Shown here: piece after piece, positions 15,001-27,331 of the stretch
How the letters are laid out: each line of letters begins with the position of its first letter
How positions within the stretch are numbered: position 1 is the stretch's first letter
DNA from: Eledone cirrhosa
Taxonomy: Eukaryota
Assembly (NCBI GenBank): GCA_964016885.1
Contig: OZ024743.1
Coordinates: 100,626,001-100,690,000 of the forward strand
DNA length: 64,000 nt
Direction: 5' to 3'
Made by a program: the position numbers and the translations under genes
Notes under the pieces: model-generated
What the model saw: the letters and a program-made list of their open reading frames with translations, nothing else
What the model was told of the DNA's origin: nothing
Databases searched by the model: none

Positions 15001-18000
15001 TGTACTGATAGCTTGGGTTCTGTGGCTTGGTGCCCTTCCTAACACCAGCCACTTTACTGTACTGGTAGCTTGGGTTCTGTTACTTGGTGCCCTTCCTAAC
15101 CCCAGCCACTTTACTGTACTGGTAGCTTGGGTTCTGTTACTTGGTGCCCTTCCTCACACCAGCCACTTCATTGTACTGGTAGCTTGGGTTCTGTGGCTTG
15201 GTGCCCTTCCTAACATCAGCCACTTCACTGTACTGGTAGCTTGGGTTCTGTGGCTTGGTGCCCTTCCTAACACCAGCCACTTCACTGTACTGGTAGCTTG
15301 GGTTCTGTGTCTTGGTGCCCTTCCTAACACCAGCCACTTCACTACTGGTAGCTTGGGTCCTGTGGCCGGGTGCCCTTCTTAACACCAGCCACTTTACTGT
15401 ACTGGTAGCTTGGGTTCTGTGGCCGGGTGCCCTTCCTAACATCAGCCACTTCACTGTACTGGTAGCTTGGGTTCTGTGGTCGGGTGCCCTTCCTAACCCC
15501 GCCACTTCACTATACTGATAGCTTGGGTTCTGTGGCTTGGTGCCCTTCCTAACACCAGCCACTTTACTGTACTGGTAGCTTGGGTTCTGTGGCCGAGTGC
15601 CCTTCCTAACACCAGCCACTTTCCTGTACTGATATCTTCGGTTCTGTGGCTTGGTGCCCTTCCTAACACCAGCCACTTTACTGTACTGGTAGCTTGGGTT
15701 CTGTGGGTTGGTGTCCTTCCTAATCTCAGCCACTTTACTGTACTGGGAGCTTGGTTTCTGTGGCTTGGTGCCCTTCCTAACACCAGCCACTTCATTGTAC
15801 TGGTAGCTTGGGTTCTGTGGCTGGGTGCCCTTCCTAACACCAGCCACTTTACTGTACTGGTAGCTTGGGTTCTGTGGCCGGGTGCCCTTCTTAACACCAG
15901 CCACTTCATTGTACTGGTAGCTTGGGTTCTGTTGCCGGGTGCGCTTCCTAACACCAGCCACTTCACTGTACTGGTAGCTTGGGTTCTGTGGCTTGGTGCC
16001 CTTCCTAACCCCAGCCACTTCACAGTACTGCTAGTTACGGTTCTGTGGCCGGGTGCCCTTCCTAACCCCAGCCACTTCACTGTACTGATAGCTCGGGTTC
16101 TGTGGCCGGGTGCCCTTCCTAAACCCAGCCACTTCAATGTACTGATAGCTTGTGTTCTGTGGCCGGGTGCCCTTCCTAACCCTCGCCACTTCACTGTACT
16201 GATAGCTTGGGTTCTGTGGCTTGGTGCCCTTCCTAACACCAGGCACGTTACTGTACTGGTAGCTTGGCTTCTGCGACCGGGTGCCCTTCCTAACACCAGC
16301 CACTTTACTGTACTGGTAGCTTGGGTTCTGTTACTTGGTGCCCTTCCTAACCCCAGCCACTTTACTGTACTGGTAGCTTGGGTTCTGTTACTTGGTGCCC
16401 TTCCTCACACCAGCCACTTCATTGTACTGGTAGCTTGGGTTCTGTGGCTTGGTGCCCTTCCTAACACCAGCCACTTCACTGTACTGGTAACTTGGGTTCT
16501 GTGGCTTGGTGCCCTTCCTAACACCAGCTACTTCACTGTACTGGTAGCTTGGGTTCTGTGGCTTGGTGCCCTTCCTAACACCAGCCACTTCACTGTACTG
16601 GTAACTTGGGTTCTGTGGCTTGGTGCCCTTCCTAAAACCGGCCATTTCATTGTACTGGTAGCTTGGGTTCTGTGGTCGTGTGCCATTCCTAACGTCAGCC
16701 ACTTTACTGTACTGGTAGCTTGGGTTCTGTGGCCGGGTGCCCTTCCTAACACCAGCCACTTCACTGTACTGATCGCTTGGGTTCTGTGGCTTGGTGCCCT
16801 TCCTAACACCAGCCACTTTACTGTACTGGTAGCTTGGTTTCTGTGGCCGTGTGCCCTTCCTAACACCAGCCACTTTACTGTACTGTTAGCTTGGGTTCTG
16901 TGGCTGGGTGCCCTTCCTAACACCAGCCACTTTACTGTACTGGTAGCTTGGGTTTTGTGGCCGGGTGCCCTTCCTAACACCAGCCACTTCACTACTGGTA
17001 GCTTGGGTTCTGTGGCTTGGTGTCCTTCCTAATCTCAGCCACTTTACTGTACTGGTAGCTTGGGTTCTGTTACTTGGTGCCCTTCCTAACACCAGCCACT
17101 TTACTGTACTGTTAGCTTGGGTTCTGTGGCCGGGTGCCCATCCCAACACCAGCCACTTCATTCTACTGGTAGCTTGGGTTCTGTGGCTGGGTGACTCTCC
17201 TAACACCAGCCACTTTACTGTACTGGTAGCTTGGGTTCTGTGGCCGGGTTGCCTTCCTAACACCAGCCACTTTACTGTACTGTTAGCTTGGGTTCTGTGG
17301 CCGGGTGCCCTTCTTAACACCAGCCACTTCACTGTACTGGTAGCTTGGGTTCTGTGGCTTGGTGCCCTTCCTAACACCAGCCACTTCACTGTACTGGTAG
17401 CTTGGGTTCTGTGGCTTGGTGCCCTTCCTAACACCAGCCACTTCACTGTACTGGTAGCTTGGGTTCTGTGTCTTGGTGCCCTTCCTAACACCAGCCACTT
17501 CATTGTACTGGTAGCTTGAGCTCTGTGGCCGGGTGCCCTTCCTAACACCAGCCACTTTACTGTACTGTTAGCTTGGGTTCTGTGGCTGGGTGCCCTTCCT
17601 AACACCAGCCACTTTACTGTACTGGTAGCTTGGGTTTTGTGGCCGGGTGCCCTTCCTAACACCAGCCACTTCACTACTGGTAGCTTGGGTTCTGTGGCTT
17701 GGTGTCCTTCCTAATCTCAGCCACTTTACTGTACTGGTAGCTTGGGTTCTGTTACTTGGTGCCCTTCCTAACACCAGCCACTTTACTGTACTGTTAGCTT
17801 GGGTTCTGTGGCCGGGTGCCCCTCCTAACACCAGCCACTTTACTGTACTGGTAGCTTGGGTTCTGTGGCCTGGTGCCCATCCCAACACCAGCCACTTCAT
17901 TCTACTGGTAGCTTGGGTTCTGTGGCTGGGTGACTCTCCTAACACCAGCCACTTTACTGTACTGTTAGCTTGGGTTCTGTGGCCGGGTGCCCTTCTTAAC

Positions 18001-20253
18001 ACCAGCCACTTCACTGTACTGGTAGCTTGGGTTCTGTGGCTTGGTGCCCTTCCTAACACCAGCCACTTCACTGTACTGGTAGCTTGGGTTTTGTGGCTTG
18101 GTGCCCTTCCTAACACCAGCCACTTTACTGTACTGGTAGCTTGGGTTCTGTTACTTGGTGCCCTTCCTCACACCAGCCACTTCATTGTACTGGTAGCTTG
18201 GGTTCTGTGGCTTGGTGCCCTTCCTAACACCAGCCACTTCACTGTACTGGTAACTTGGGTTCTGTGGCTTGGTGCCCTTCCTAACACCAGCTACTTCACT
18301 GTACTGGTAGCTTGGGTTCTGTGGCTTGGTGCCCTTCCTAACACCAGCCACTTCACTGTACTGGTAACTTGGGTTCTGTGGCTTGGTGCCCTTCCTAAAA
18401 CCGGCCATTTCATTGTACTGGTAGCTTGGGTTCTGTGGTCGTGTGCCATTCCTAACGTCAGCCACTTTACTGTACTGGTAGCTTGGGTTCTGTGGCCGGG
18501 TGCCCTTCCTAACACCAGCCACTTCACTGTACTGATCGCTTGGGTTCTGTGGCTTGGTGCCCTTCCTAACACCAGCCACTTTACTGTACTGGTAGCTTGG
18601 TTTCTGTGGCCGTGTGCCCTTCCTAACACCAGCCACTTTACTGTACTGTTAGCTTGGGTTCTGTGGCTGGGTGCCCTTCCTAACACCAGCCACTTTACTG
18701 TACTGGTAGCTTGGGTTTTGTGGCCGGGTGCCCTTCCTAACACCAGCCACTTCACTACTGGTAGCTTGGGTTCTGTGGCTTGGTGTCCTTCCTAATCTCA
18801 GCCACTTTACTGTACTGGTAGCTTGGGTTCTGTTACTTGGTGCCCTTCCTAACACCAGCCACTTTACTGTACTGTTAGCTTGGGTTCTGTGGCCGGGTGC
18901 CCATCCCAACACCAGCCACTTCATTCTACTGGTAGCTTGGGTTCTGTGGCTGGGTGACTCTCCTAACACCAGCCACTTTACTGTACTGGTAGCTTGGGTT
19001 CTGTGGCCGGGTTGCCTTCCTAACACCAGCCACTTTACTGTACTGTTAGCTTGGGTTCTGTGGCCGGGTGCCCTTCTTAACACCAGCCACTTCACTGTAC
19101 TGGTAGCTTGGGTTCTGTGGCTTGGTGCCCTTCCTAACACCAGCCACTTCACTGTACTGGTAGCTTGGGTTCTGTGGCTTGGTGCCCTTCCTAACACCAG
19201 CCACTTCACTGTACTGGTAGCTTGGGTTCTGTGTCTTGGTGCCCTTCCTAACACCAGCCACTTCATTGTACTGGTAGCTTGAGCTCTGTGGCCGGGTGCC
19301 CTTCCTAACACCAGCCACTTTACTGTACTGTTAGCTTGGGTTCTGTGGCTGGGTGCCCTTCCTAACACCAGCCACTTTACTGTACTGGTAGCTTGGGCTT
19401 TGTGGCCGGGTGCCCTTCCTAACACCAGCCACTTCACTACTGGTAGCTTGGGTTCTGTGGCTTGGTGTCCTTCCTAATCTCAGCCACTTTACTGTACTGG
19501 TAGCTTGGGTTCTGTTACTTGGTGCCCTTCCTAACACCAGCCACTTTACTGTACTGTTAGCTTGGGTTCTGTGGCCGGGTGCCCCTCCTAACACCAGCCA
19601 CTTTACTGTACTGGTAGCTTGGGTTCTGTGGCCTGGTGCCCATCCCAACACCAGCCACTTCATTCTACTGGTAGCTTGGGTTCTGTGGCTGGGTGACTCT
19701 CCTAACACCAGCCACTTTACTGTACTGGTAGCTTGGGTTCTGTGGCCGGGTTGCCTTCCTAACACCAGCCACTTTACTGTACTGTTAGCTTGGGTTCTGT
19801 GGCCGGGTGCCCTTCTTAACACCAGCCACTTCACTGTACTGGTAGCTTGGGTTCTGTGGCTTGGTGCCCTTCCTAACACCAGCCACTTCACTGTACTGGT
19901 AGCTTGGGTTTTGTGGCTTGGTGCCCTTCCTAACACCAGCCACTTTACTGTACTGGTAGCTTGGGTTTTGTGGCCGGGTGCCCTTCCTAATCTCAGCCAC
20001 TTTACTGTACTGGTAGCTTGGCCTCTGTGGCCGGGTGCCTAACCTAACACCAGCCACTTCATTGTACTGGTAGCTTTGGTTCTGTGGCCGGGTGCCCTTC
20101 CTAACACCAGCCACTTCACTGTACTGGTACCTTGGGTTCTGTGGCCGGGTGCCCTTCCTAACACCAGCCGCTTCACTGTACTGCTAGCTTGGGTTCTGTG
20201 GCTGGGTGCCCTTCCTAACACCCGCCACTTCACTGTACTGGTAGCTTGGGTTC
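1..20253. repeat. 57-bp tandem satellite (~355 copies; continues past left edge)
   Basis: Monomer ~CTGTGGC(C/T)(G/T)GGTGCCCTTCCTAACACCAGCCACTT(C/T)ACTGTACTGGTAGCTTGGGTT repeated head-to-tail, with point variants and occasional 55/56-bp units. Confidence 0.98.
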
Positions 20254-20365
20254 ACGCTCTTCTTAATGTTAGGCACTTTAAATGTATTGGGAGCATTTTA
20301 TTGTGAGTCTGGCACTACCACCCAACACGGTGGACTGGGTGCTTTTGTCATGGCCCTAGCATTAC
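20254..20365 (-). mobile_element. Degenerate SINE/RTE-tail remnant contiguous with the satellite end
   Basis: CTCTTCTTAATG..CACTTTAAATGTATTGGGAGCATTTT..GGACTGGGTGCTTTTGTCATGG resembles the dispersed element at 24161-24311. Confidence 0.6.
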
Positions 20366-22304
20366 CTCATATATGTATAATAAAGTTGTTCAATATTGTT
20401 TTGAAATAACATATTGATGTGGCAGTTATTCTCATAAAGTGTGACATGACATTTTCCACCTGAGTTTATTTTATCTAATCTGTCCAGTTGATTGACAGGA
20501 TTGTTGTCTACTGTTCTCTAACAAAGCTTTGTTGACCCGCAATATTTCAATGTGTGCCTGTATAAGTCACATGATAAATATCTGTCTATTTCTAGAGAGA
20601 TAAAAAAGCTCATAAATTCAGCTCAACTTGCAACAAATAACCATTTTATTAGCCACTTAAGGCATTTTTGTTTTCATTCCACTTATCACCAGATTTACAG
20701 TACTAAGATCGCTGATGGAAATAAGATAACAATGCCTGTCTTCTTCTGTCTTTATATTACATAAAGATTTCATTGAATGATTGTAAAGAATGATATTGGA
20801 GAATGCTTTGGTAGACTATTTTAGTGTAAGATTTGAACAGATAAACACTTGTGCTTTTAATTATTTCACTGTTTAGTCAGGGAAGAAAGGACAGTATCCA
20901 TCACCATTTATCAGGGTTTTCAAGGCTGGTGGGAGGAAAGAAGGTATCCTATAACCCAAGGACATAGCCTGAAAGTTTTCAACAGTGAAGATTCCACTAG
21001 CTAGCAGTCATCATTTAACATCCGTTACCTCTGCTAGCAAGAATTGAATAGGTTGTCACAGACTGGATCAGTACTCAAGCGGAGCCATTGACCTTTCAGA
21101 TGGGCCAGAGGTCTGCATTTCACTCGTGTATGTCCAGATCTCTACTGAGTGCTCAGACTGACTAGAGGCCTACATTTCACTCATATATTTTCCTGCACTC
21201 TATCAAGTGCATGTTATCATGGCACCAGCATTATGAAGGCTGTCGTGCCCTTGACACAACTTAAGAATGCTCCCAACCCTTTGTTTGGCAGATATTGTTC
21301 CTATCACCAACCACTTTAGAGATTGTACTGGGTGCACTTATCATGTAGATCTCCAACACTAGGGAGTAGTGTTGTATCAATATATTTTTTTTATAATTTT
21401 CTTTTTTATGTTTATCAATCTAAAATCAGCTGAATGTTGAACACATCTGCAAGTTGCTTCTCCTAACTTGTCCTCTTCCTAATAGACACACAAATACCTA
21501 TGACTAGGACTAGGAGCTGTTTGGTGTCAAAAGGGTTGAATAAGTAAAAGATACAATGGATACAACAGCTTGGGTTACTTCTAAAAAGACTGGATGACCA
21601 CAACTTGAATGTCTTTCTTTATAGGTGGTTTGGTATCAAGAAGCTTAACCCCACTCTTTGTACCAATGTAAGAATTATTATTATTGTTGTTGACTATCCC
21701 TAACCAGTCTTTCTGATATAGAATTATGATTAATTGTACAAAGCATTTAATCAACATATTTTTTACCCCCTAGGCTATCCCTGATTAAGCAGACCTAATA
21801 GTAGAGGCTTTTCACCTGTCACTATTCTATTTCTATATCTACAACTACATTGTGTACTATATCCTTCCTTTTTAACTCAAATAACAGCAATAAGCTTTAT
21901 AAAACCATTTTCTCTACTAAAGTATGGGTTAGTTTTGTGGGCTCTATAACAGGCTTCATGCTCAACGCAGGGTCCTTTTTGAGCCAATGTTTTTTTGGTC
22001 GGCTGTCATTCATAGTGTCAACCCCTTCAGTTGCCTCTTATGATCTTTAGGGATACAGCATATTTATTCTAACACAGTAGTATGTTATTTGAGGGAAAAT
22101 TGACTCTTATTGTTAACAGGTTAAACAACTACATAGACACTCTTTCACAGCTGGCCCAGATTAAATATTTATGTTTTAGTTTGTATTCTTGAGTCTAATT
22201 TAGGGAGAATAGGATATATTCTATTGAAGTGACACTTCTATCAATAACTCTTGAGTACCCATTGCTTGGACTCCGTATTGGATTGTCTACCTACACCCTT
22301 GATG

Positions 22305-22530
22305 TGGGGCCTAGTGATTAGGGTATTAGGGTGGCATGTTGTATTCTTGAGCAAAACATCTAATTTCACATTGTTCCAGTATACTCAGCTGTAAATGAGT
22401 ATCACTATCAGCTGGGGAATTAAACCTGTGATGGTCTGGTGTCCTCTCCAGGGGAAAGTCTTGTACTCTCAGTTGCTTAATACCAGTGAGGCTGGGATAA
22501 GCACTGGCTTGATGAGCCTCTGGGTTCAGG
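22305..22530 (+). mobile_element. tRNA-derived SINE (V-SINE-like core), degenerate
   Basis: Head GGCCTAGTGATTAGG, then TTCTTGAGCAAAACA, ACTCAGCTGTAAATGAGTA and AACCTGTGATGGTCTGGTGTCC..CCAGGGG; a related head lies at ~36510-36620. Confidence 0.55.
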
Positions 22531-22994
22531 AGAGACTTTGCCTAGACCCTTCTGAGGGGTCAGAGAAGTAATCTTGATCCTCTATGCTTGGGATAGACAC
22601 TACCTAGACCCTTCTGGTACTGGTTTCTGAGAAGTGATCTTGCCTAATATTTTGCTATAAAGTAGATACTGAATACATGTATATATTCTTAGTAGTATGT
22701 TGTAGAAAAGTTTCTCTCTTCTGGACCATGTACTAGATGAGTCATAGTCTGGTTTTAATATGATACTCTCTTTACCATCACTACCACCTACTTGTCCCTC
22801 ACTCCGTGTGTCGGTGTATGATGTTACTGTAGTTTACTTACACTTTCAAACTGTAGATTTTCTGCAACTGCTACACGTACATACACAATGCAGAGGCAAT
22901 GCTCCGACTTAGCTTTGTGTATTTTACGTGATTATACAATGCAGTATGTCTGCACTTCTCTAAATACCTAGGCTCTATATTAATAATAAACCTT

Positions 22995-23401
22995 TTTATT
23001 ATCATATTTCTAATGAAAGACATGGCCTATGTTTTTAAAATAATTTTGAAAATAATGAGGAGTTTTGAGGGATTTAGTAATGTAACTAACTTTCTCATTA
23101 TCTGTTTTTTGGAACATAACATAATGGGTTCTTACATAGAATTATGATAGAAGAGATAATAGTTTTGAACATAAAGGTTCTTATAAAATTATGATGGAAG
23201 AGTTTTGGAACATAACATAGCATAAAGTTTTTTAAATAGAATTATGATGGAAGAGTTTTTAGATAAGGGTTTTGAAACATAACATTACAAAGTTTCTTAC
23301 GTGAAATTATGATGGAAGAGTTTTTAGATAAATATTAATGTAAACACTTTAAAACCAGCAGTATTATATCATAGAAAGAGGTTTGGTATTAAAAGAGTTA
23401 A
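22995..23401 (-). mobile_element. piggyBac-like MITE copy with internal tandem duplications
   Basis: Reverse-orientation homologue of 26280-26524, ending AAAAGAGTTAA; GAACATAA..AATTATGATGGAAGAG block repeated about 4 times at 23105-23325. Confidence 0.55.
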
Positions 23402-23776
23402 AGAAGCTTGTTTGTGGAACTGAATCATTGTCCTTGCTATGTTCAGAGACGTGGGCCATAGAATTTATATGCTATGAACAATTAATTCAACTGCAGTCTA
23501 GGGTGTTTGTTTCACACAAAAATATGAGTTTGTGTTGCGTGTTGTTTCTATTTTTAGCATATAATAAAATGTCTTTCCATTTTATCTGACAGTTTTCTTT
23601 CCTTTTTTTTTTTTTAATTCTAAAGTTTTATCTCTGATAGTTAATTGAATTTTTTTAAATTTTGTGTTTTTTTGCCCTTCCTACTTATAATGTAATTTTT
23701 AGATTTAGATAAGTAGTTTGATTGTGTCATGTAGTTTTACGATCTTCCAAGAACAAATAATGAGAGAATTATATTT

Positions 23777-24459
23777 CCCTTTTGATACCAAACAGCCTGA
23801 AAATACCCCTAGTTCTACAATACAAAACTATTTGTTTTAAAGTTTTTATCATCATCATCATCTATAGCATTTACATTACTCTATATTTACTTTTGCATTT
23901 TCTCAGTAAATACTTTATCTCACATAATATCAAATCTACGAGATTTTGATATAATTTATTTTGAGAACAATACCTTAATGTCAGTATGAGCTGCCAGTTA
24001 TGATCTGTTTAAATAGAAAGAGGTGAGAGAATTCTGGCTGGATATGGCCAGTTTAAGTGCTAAAGGGTTAATGTCCATTTTTCCACACTAGCATGGTTTA
24101 GATGAATTCTCCCTTTGTGATACATGTTCAATCAAATTACCTTCTTGCTCATGTTTCTGGCTTGGTTTCTACAGCTGGATGCCCTTCCTAATGCCAACCA
24201 CATTTACAGCATGGACTGGGTGCTTTTTATCATGGTACCCAAATGACCAACTGGCAGGTTGGACTGTGCTTTTTGTCATGTCACCAACTTTACAGGGTGG
24301 ACTGGGTGCTTCTAAAAACTTCCATCTTAACTCCATGTAAGAACCTTTGTTAAGTTATGTTCCAAACACCAACTTGATAATGAGAAAGTTATATTACTAA
24401 ATCCTTTCAAAATGTTATTTTGAAGAGTATTTGAAAATCAAAGAAATGTAACAAAAGGG
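23777..24459 (+). mobile_element. piggyBac-like MITE interrupted by a nested SINE and a second MITE
   Basis: Starts CCCTTTTGATACC, ends AAAAGGG|TTAA. Halves match 26280-26524. The insert starts with an (ATC)n tail at ~23848 and contains a second element ending GCTAAAGGG|TTAA at ~24068. Confidence 0.6.
24066..24311 (-). mobile_element. SINE/RTE-tail element (GGATGCCCTTCCTAA motif family)
   Basis: TTAATGTCCATTTTTCCACACTAGCATGG matches the RTE 3' tail at 27357-27400; contains GCTGGATGCCCTTCCTAATGCCAACCAC. Confidence 0.7.
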
Positions 24460-25074
24460 TTAAGATGTTTTTTATACTAGTTTTTCTCATATTTGATATT
24501 TAAATTTGTGAATATTTCAAGTTATAAATACCTAATCTATATTAAGATTTTCCCTTTACCTATGAGTCATTGTTATTCCCTTGGGGAAAGGCATGAATGT
24601 CATCATTTCCAATTTTTACTTGGCCAATTGGTTTTAAGTTAAATTAATAAATTTTTTTTTTTTATTTTAAATTCTGTATATCTTAAAATTATTAGATTGA
24701 ATAAATCCACATCCTTACTTCAGAAAGTTGCTTTTTAATGTTTTTCTAAACAGAAAATGAAGGCAATCAAACCTATTTTACTCCTATGCCTATGTTATTC
24801 AACTAAAACCAGTCTTTACTAGCAGTTTTCACCTAATTCTCACAATTTTCACCACTCTCTAACAAATGCAGTGACACATTCTTCTGTTGCTGGCAACATA
24901 TGGTTTCTTTAATTCGCAGCTGCTTTCTTAATGCATATAAATTCAAACTTCATCCAAAACTTTATACTAAACATCCTTCAAATCAGACACACCCCATTCC
25001 TTTTCTAGATTAAACCGTTTATCCTCAACTTTGTTTTTAATTTTTCTTAAACATGACTCATAGTAAGAAAAACA

Positions 25075-25805
25075 GTAGAATGTTGGATGCAGAAGCAAGA
25101 ATCTAGCAAAGACAACTTTTGTTTTACAAGAAAACAGGACTCTTCTGCCAACATGGGAAGTGGTCTTGCCCAATAGGCAGAAAAGGAGTAGGTTGTAATT
25201 TCATATTGTGTAGCCTATGTAAGCTGTAGGTATACAAGAGGAGCAGTAGCACCACAGTGGAATTGATAGAGAAGAATTTAGTAGTAAGAACACCCATGAA
25301 ATGAAGTTCTTTTAATTGATTGGAAAGGCCTCTAGAAGTGGTTGACAGTTTCTGTTACCTAGGTTACTTAAGTGATAGTGTTCTGAAAGCATAGTAACCA
25401 GAGTAAGAACAGGGTGGAAACAGTTCTTGCTGTTATCACGTCTGCTGACAACAAAAGAACTCCTCTTTTAATAAAGAGCAGACTGTATAATGCTTATGTG
25501 TGAAGGATTGAAAGAAAGTCTATTCTACTGGATGTGTAGTGTTGATAATACATTAATAATCAAAGAGAAAAACTGGGTATGACAGGAATTAGCTATAGTG
25601 TGCAAGAGAGGAGACTGCTGGTACAGACATGTGATGCATATCGAAGATGATGGCAATTGTGGAAGAGGTGGTGAAGACTGATCTCAAGATGCTAAACTTC
25701 ATAAAGGAAATAAGGGATTGCAGCAAGTAGTAGATGAGATACTGTGCTGGAGAAGATTTGTTCAGTTCATGTAAAATTATGGTGGTGGTATCACTGAAAA
25801 TTCTG
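25075..25805 (+). pseudogene. Old degenerate RTE-type LINE ORF fragment
   Basis: Reads NLAKT..KWSCPIGRKGVGCNFILC..LEVVDSFCYLG..RVRTGWKQF, colinear with the C-terminal part of the 27649-29346 ORF; many stops and indels. Confidence 0.75.
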
Positions 25806-26279
25806 GCTTGTGAATAATTCAAAATGTATGTAAAATGTGTTATAATGAAAATAATGCATTATATAATAAATGTTCTTGTAATATTGTTTTTAATTAGAAC
25901 AGAATTGTATTATCAAACAGGTCTCAGGTTTAAATTAAACCAGTTACTTTGCTTTAAATAATTGTGTCTCTTATACAACTGACTGAATGATTCAATGCAT
26001 ATGACTTCAAGTTCAGTTAGTGTGTTCACTGGTAATTAAAAATTCTCTCGCCACTATAGAAACCTAAAATTAGCTAAACATCTGCTCGCTTCAGTTGTTT
26101 AACTAGTTGCTAGATTATTCCTGGCTAGTTTTGTAACCAGTTATCATTTTGTCATTTAAAGTGAAGAAATACCTACAGGAGTTGTGACCAACAGATAGTA
26201 TCAGCAATGGAAAAACCAAAGAAAGCATAGTTTCCTTGTTCCAGTCTTCCAGAGATTTAAATAAAATCCTTACTTTTAA

Positions 26280-26524
26280 CCCTTTTGATAGTAATCTGCC
26301 TGAAACTACCCCTGGTTCTATAATACAACACTGTTTGTTTTAAAGTGTTTATATTATCTAAAATCCTCCCATTATAATTTTATGTAAGAAACTAACTATA
26401 TTCCAAACACCAATTAATGAGAAAGTTTGTTATATTAATAAATCCCTCCAAATCCTTGATTATTTTCAAAATGATTTGAAAACCACAATCAGTGTGTTTC
26501 TTTAGAAATATAGCAATGAAAGGG
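26280..26524 (+). mobile_element. piggyBac-like MITE
   Basis: TTAA|CCCTTTT...GAAAGGG|TTAA: TTAA target duplication with CCCTT termini; related copies elsewhere in the window. Confidence 0.75.
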
Positions 26525-26638
26525 TTAACAATTAAAACATTTAGTTGCAAGTTGCTCAAATTATAATAAAAACAGAATGCAGTCTTGAACTACGGGGTTT
26601 TTAATACAAACGTTTTATTAATAGAAATAAAAATAAAT

Positions 26639-27085
26639 ATAAACAAATCTATTTCAGATAACACTACAGATATTTAAAAATGGAAATGGAAAAGGAAAAG
26701 AAAGGCAAGGGTTCTAGGGTCACAGAAGAATGGGGTGTGTGGGCTCTAGGCCTAGGGTGCAGTGGTGTTGGGGCAGTGCCCAGCGGACAAGACCGCGAGG
26801 ATTGTCTGGTCACTTTACACTGGTCCAGGCATACTTGGACCCCGCACTGCCAAGCTCCTCCACAAGATAGCAGCAGCCCTGTGAGGTGGCTGTTGCAGCT
26901 GCTGGCCATTGTCTGCGGAAATGCCTTTGTGTTCTTGTCTGCAGGGTGTTTCCCCAACACCGCCGCACCCTAGGCCTAGAGCCCATCACCCTCCCATTCT
27001 TCTGTGGCCCAAGAGCCCTTAACTTTCCTTTCATGTTCCATTTTTAAATATCTGTAGTGTTGTTATCTGAAATAGATTTGTTTAT
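26639..27085. mobile_element. Fold-back element: CRE-type retroelement 3' end with an inverted copy of its own 3' UTR
   Basis: ~135-bp imperfect inverted arms (26639-26773 / 26951-27085). The centre and right arm are homologous to 32280-32557, and the centre encodes WLLQLLAIVCGNA (RLE-tail RGNA-like motif). Confidence 0.75.
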
Positions 27086-27331
27086 GATTTTTTTCTGGAA
27101 CTAAACAGCAACAATCATGTAATGGATCTATTGCTGTTATTTATCAAACAGGGACAAAACATGTGGCATATTGTCACCATAACAGATAACTAAATTGTTC
27201 TGATGTCAGCCTATCAGCACTATGTCTTCTACACTCAACTCTTAACTGACTCTACCATATGAAACCACATTAGAAATTAAGGTCTATACTCTAAAACTGC
27301 AAATTTTTCACAATTTTCCATTAATAAAGAT

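Noticed and set aside
1-20253. CRISPR-like array
   Set aside because: No unique spacers, no cas genes, eukaryotic context.
89-20306. Long ORFs with 19-aa repeats on both strands
   Set aside because: 57 bp is a multiple of 3, so stop-free frames repeat. ORFs switch frame at 1-2 bp deletions and overlap in three frames, with no sign of coding constraint.
24754-24822. Possible exon after TTTTCTAAACAG (MKAIKPILLLCLCY..)
   Set aside because: Stops within about 23 codons in all frames; no donor site or homology recognised.
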